Shown in pieces: positions 62,585 through 64,000 of a stretch of 64,000 nt of DNA. Numbering within the stretch: position 1 is the stretch's first letter; each line of letters starts with the position of its first letter. Origin of the DNA: an uncultured Pelagibacteraceae bacterium (GTDB lineage: Bacteria; Pseudomonadota; Alphaproteobacteria; Pelagibacterales; AG-422-B15); contig CACMBZ010000001.1 of NCBI GenBank assembly GCA_902612095.1, positions 41,311 to 105,310 on the forward strand. Direction: 5' to 3'. The notes under the pieces are model-generated. The model made no database searches and was not told the DNA's origin. It worked only from the letters and a program-made list of their open reading frames with translations. A program made the position numbers and the translations under genes.

Positions 62585-63694
62585 TTAAAAGTTTTCTTTT
62601 AATTGATTTAATATTTGATCACCCATTTCAACTGTTGATAGATTTTTGTTATCATCGCCAATTAAATCCGCAGTTTTAAAGCCACTGGCAAGTACATTAT
62701 TTACAGACTTATTTATAAGATCTGACTCCTTGTCCATATTGAATGAGTACTTTAAACACATTGCAAAACTAAGAATAGATGCAATTGGGTTTGCTATTCC
62801 TTTACCAGCTATGTCCGGCGCAGAACCATGGACTGGCTCGTACAAAGACTTTCTAAAATTATTACTATCGACTGCACCCAAAGAGGCAGAGGGCAACATT
62901 CCAAGCGAACCTGTGAGCATAGCCGCCTCATCAGACAGAATGTCTCCAAATAAATTATCAGTAACAATAACATCAAACTGTTTAGGGTTTCTAACTAATT
63001 GCATCGCACAATTATCTGCATACATATGAGATAACTCGACATTTGAGTATTCATTTTTGTGCACATGAGAGACTTCTTCTCTCCACAAAATTCCAGACTC
63101 CATCACATTTGATTTTTCACAAGAAGTAACTCTGTTACCTCTTTTGCTTGCAAGTTCAAATGCTATTCGTGCAACTCTTCTAACTTCTTCAGTGCTATAG
63201 GATTGAGTGTTAATTCCAACACGATTTCCGTTACCTTTATCTTCAATACCTCTTGGTTCACCAAAATAAATACCACCAGTAAGCTCTCTAACAATTAATA
63301 TATCAAGACCTGATACTAAGTCTGGTTTAAGAGAAGAGGCATCAACCATTGACTCAAAACATAGAGCGGGCCTTAAGTTTGCAAACAAGTCTAATTCTTT
63401 TCTAATTCTCAAAAGGCCTTGTTCAGGTTTAAGAGAAAAATCTAAATTATCCCATTTTTCTCCACCCACAGCACCAAGCAAAACTGCGTGAGAGTTTTTA
63501 GCTTTTTCAAGAGTCTCATCAGATAGAGGGGTGCCATAGCGATCATAGGCAGATCCACCAATATCGTCCTCTTCTATCTCAAATTTAACTTTACTAAGTT
63601 CACCAATACTCTTAGCAACCTTTATGACCTCCTTCATTACTTCAGGCCCTATACCGTCCCCAGGTAAGACTAATAATTTATAAGAATTACTCAT
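62585..63694 (-). CDS. leuB: 3-isopropylmalate dehydrogenase
   Basis: 369 aa; [30 protein letters not shown]. Confidence 0.95.
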   Translation of the reverse strand: MSNSYKLLVLPGDGIGPEVMKEVIKVAKSIGELSKVKFEIEEDDIGGSAYDRYGTPLSDETLEKAKNSHAVLLGAVGGEKWDNLDFSLKPEQGLLRIRKELDLFANLRPALCFESMVDASSLKPDLVSGLDILIVRELTGGIYFGEPRGIEDKGNGNRVGINTQSYSTEEVRRVARIAFELASKRGNRVTSCEKSNVMESGILWREEVSHVHKNEYSNVELSHMYADNCAMQLVRNPKQFDVIVTDNLFGDILSDEAAMLTGSLGMLPSASLGAVDSNNFRKSLYEPVHGSAPDIAGKGIANPIASILSFAMCLKYSFNMDKESDLINKSVNNVLASGFKTADLIGDDNKNLSTVEMGDQILNQLKENF

Positions 63695-64000
63695 TTTATT
63701 TGTTGGCTATATAACCAGGGTGTTCTTGACTTCTGCTTATTTTCAAAATCAGAAATATGATTAACTTTAGCTAGTGTCAATCCAATATCGTCTAAACCCT
63801 CTAATAGGCTAGTTTTTTTGGCTTTATCAAGTTCAAAACTAACCTCATGATTTATATTTTTATCAAAATAAGAAATCTTCTGATTTTCTAAATCAATTAT
63901 AAAATTAAGACTGTTTTCCGCTGCTTTTTGTAATTTACTTACTTCAGACTCATCTAATTTGATTGGAAGAATACCATTCTTGAAACAATTATTATAAAAG
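63691..64000 (-). CDS. leuD: 3-isopropylmalate dehydratase small subunit, 3' part (103 codons); gene starts beyond window end
   Basis: Not in ORF track (edge). Hand translation: [102 protein letters not shown]. The TGA overlaps the leuB ATG (ATGA). Confidence 0.85.
   Translation of the reverse strand, partial: FYNNCFKNGILPIKLDESEVSKLQKAAENSLNFIIDLENQKISYFDKNINHEVSFELDKAKKTSLLEGLDDIGLTLAKVNHISDFENKQKSRTPWLYSQQIK

Overview
Densely packed, very AT-rich chromosomal DNA. I counted three 60-nt lines and they range from 15% to 45% G+C. The source looks like a streamlined alphaproteobacterium. The gene order (mdh-sucCDAB-lpdA, sdhCDAB, atpHAGDC, hisC-tyrC, HIG1/ATR/etfBA) and the extreme compaction resemble Pelagibacterales/SAR11, but the taxon is inference only. 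I call about 71 CDS, one tRNA-Leu(CAA), one SAM-II-like riboswitch with an intrinsic terminator, and two sigma70-like promoters. I saw no rRNA, CRISPR array, transposase, prophage or defence-island genes. Most of the window is core metabolism: the TCA cycle, F1-ATPase, amino-acid biosynthesis, the rplU-rpmA-obg-proBA-nadD-rsfS-rlmH block, priA and a Xer recombinase. The main finding is an ethylmalonyl-CoA (EMC) pathway gene set spread across the window. It comprises ecm divergent from ccr-mcd, joined to a PduO-type adenosyltransferase and etfBA. It also includes phaA-phaB, and a single 652-aa fusion of a CitE-like malyl-CoA lyase/thioesterase domain with a mesaconyl-CoA-hydratase-like domain, wedged between asd and sdhCDAB. 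Secondary items:
- a DUF1015-serC-serA(short)-gpmA operon;
- a translationally coupled SnoaL-like / fatty-acid-hydroxylase / multi-TM module of unknown function;
- an unusually long 218-bp convergent spacer containing nested repeats;
- convergent genes that share or overlap stop codons;
- two genes missed by the ORF track (edge-truncated pabB and leuD) plus a 40-aa LptM-like lipoprotein.
All functional calls rest on motif and architecture recognition by eye; no database search was run.
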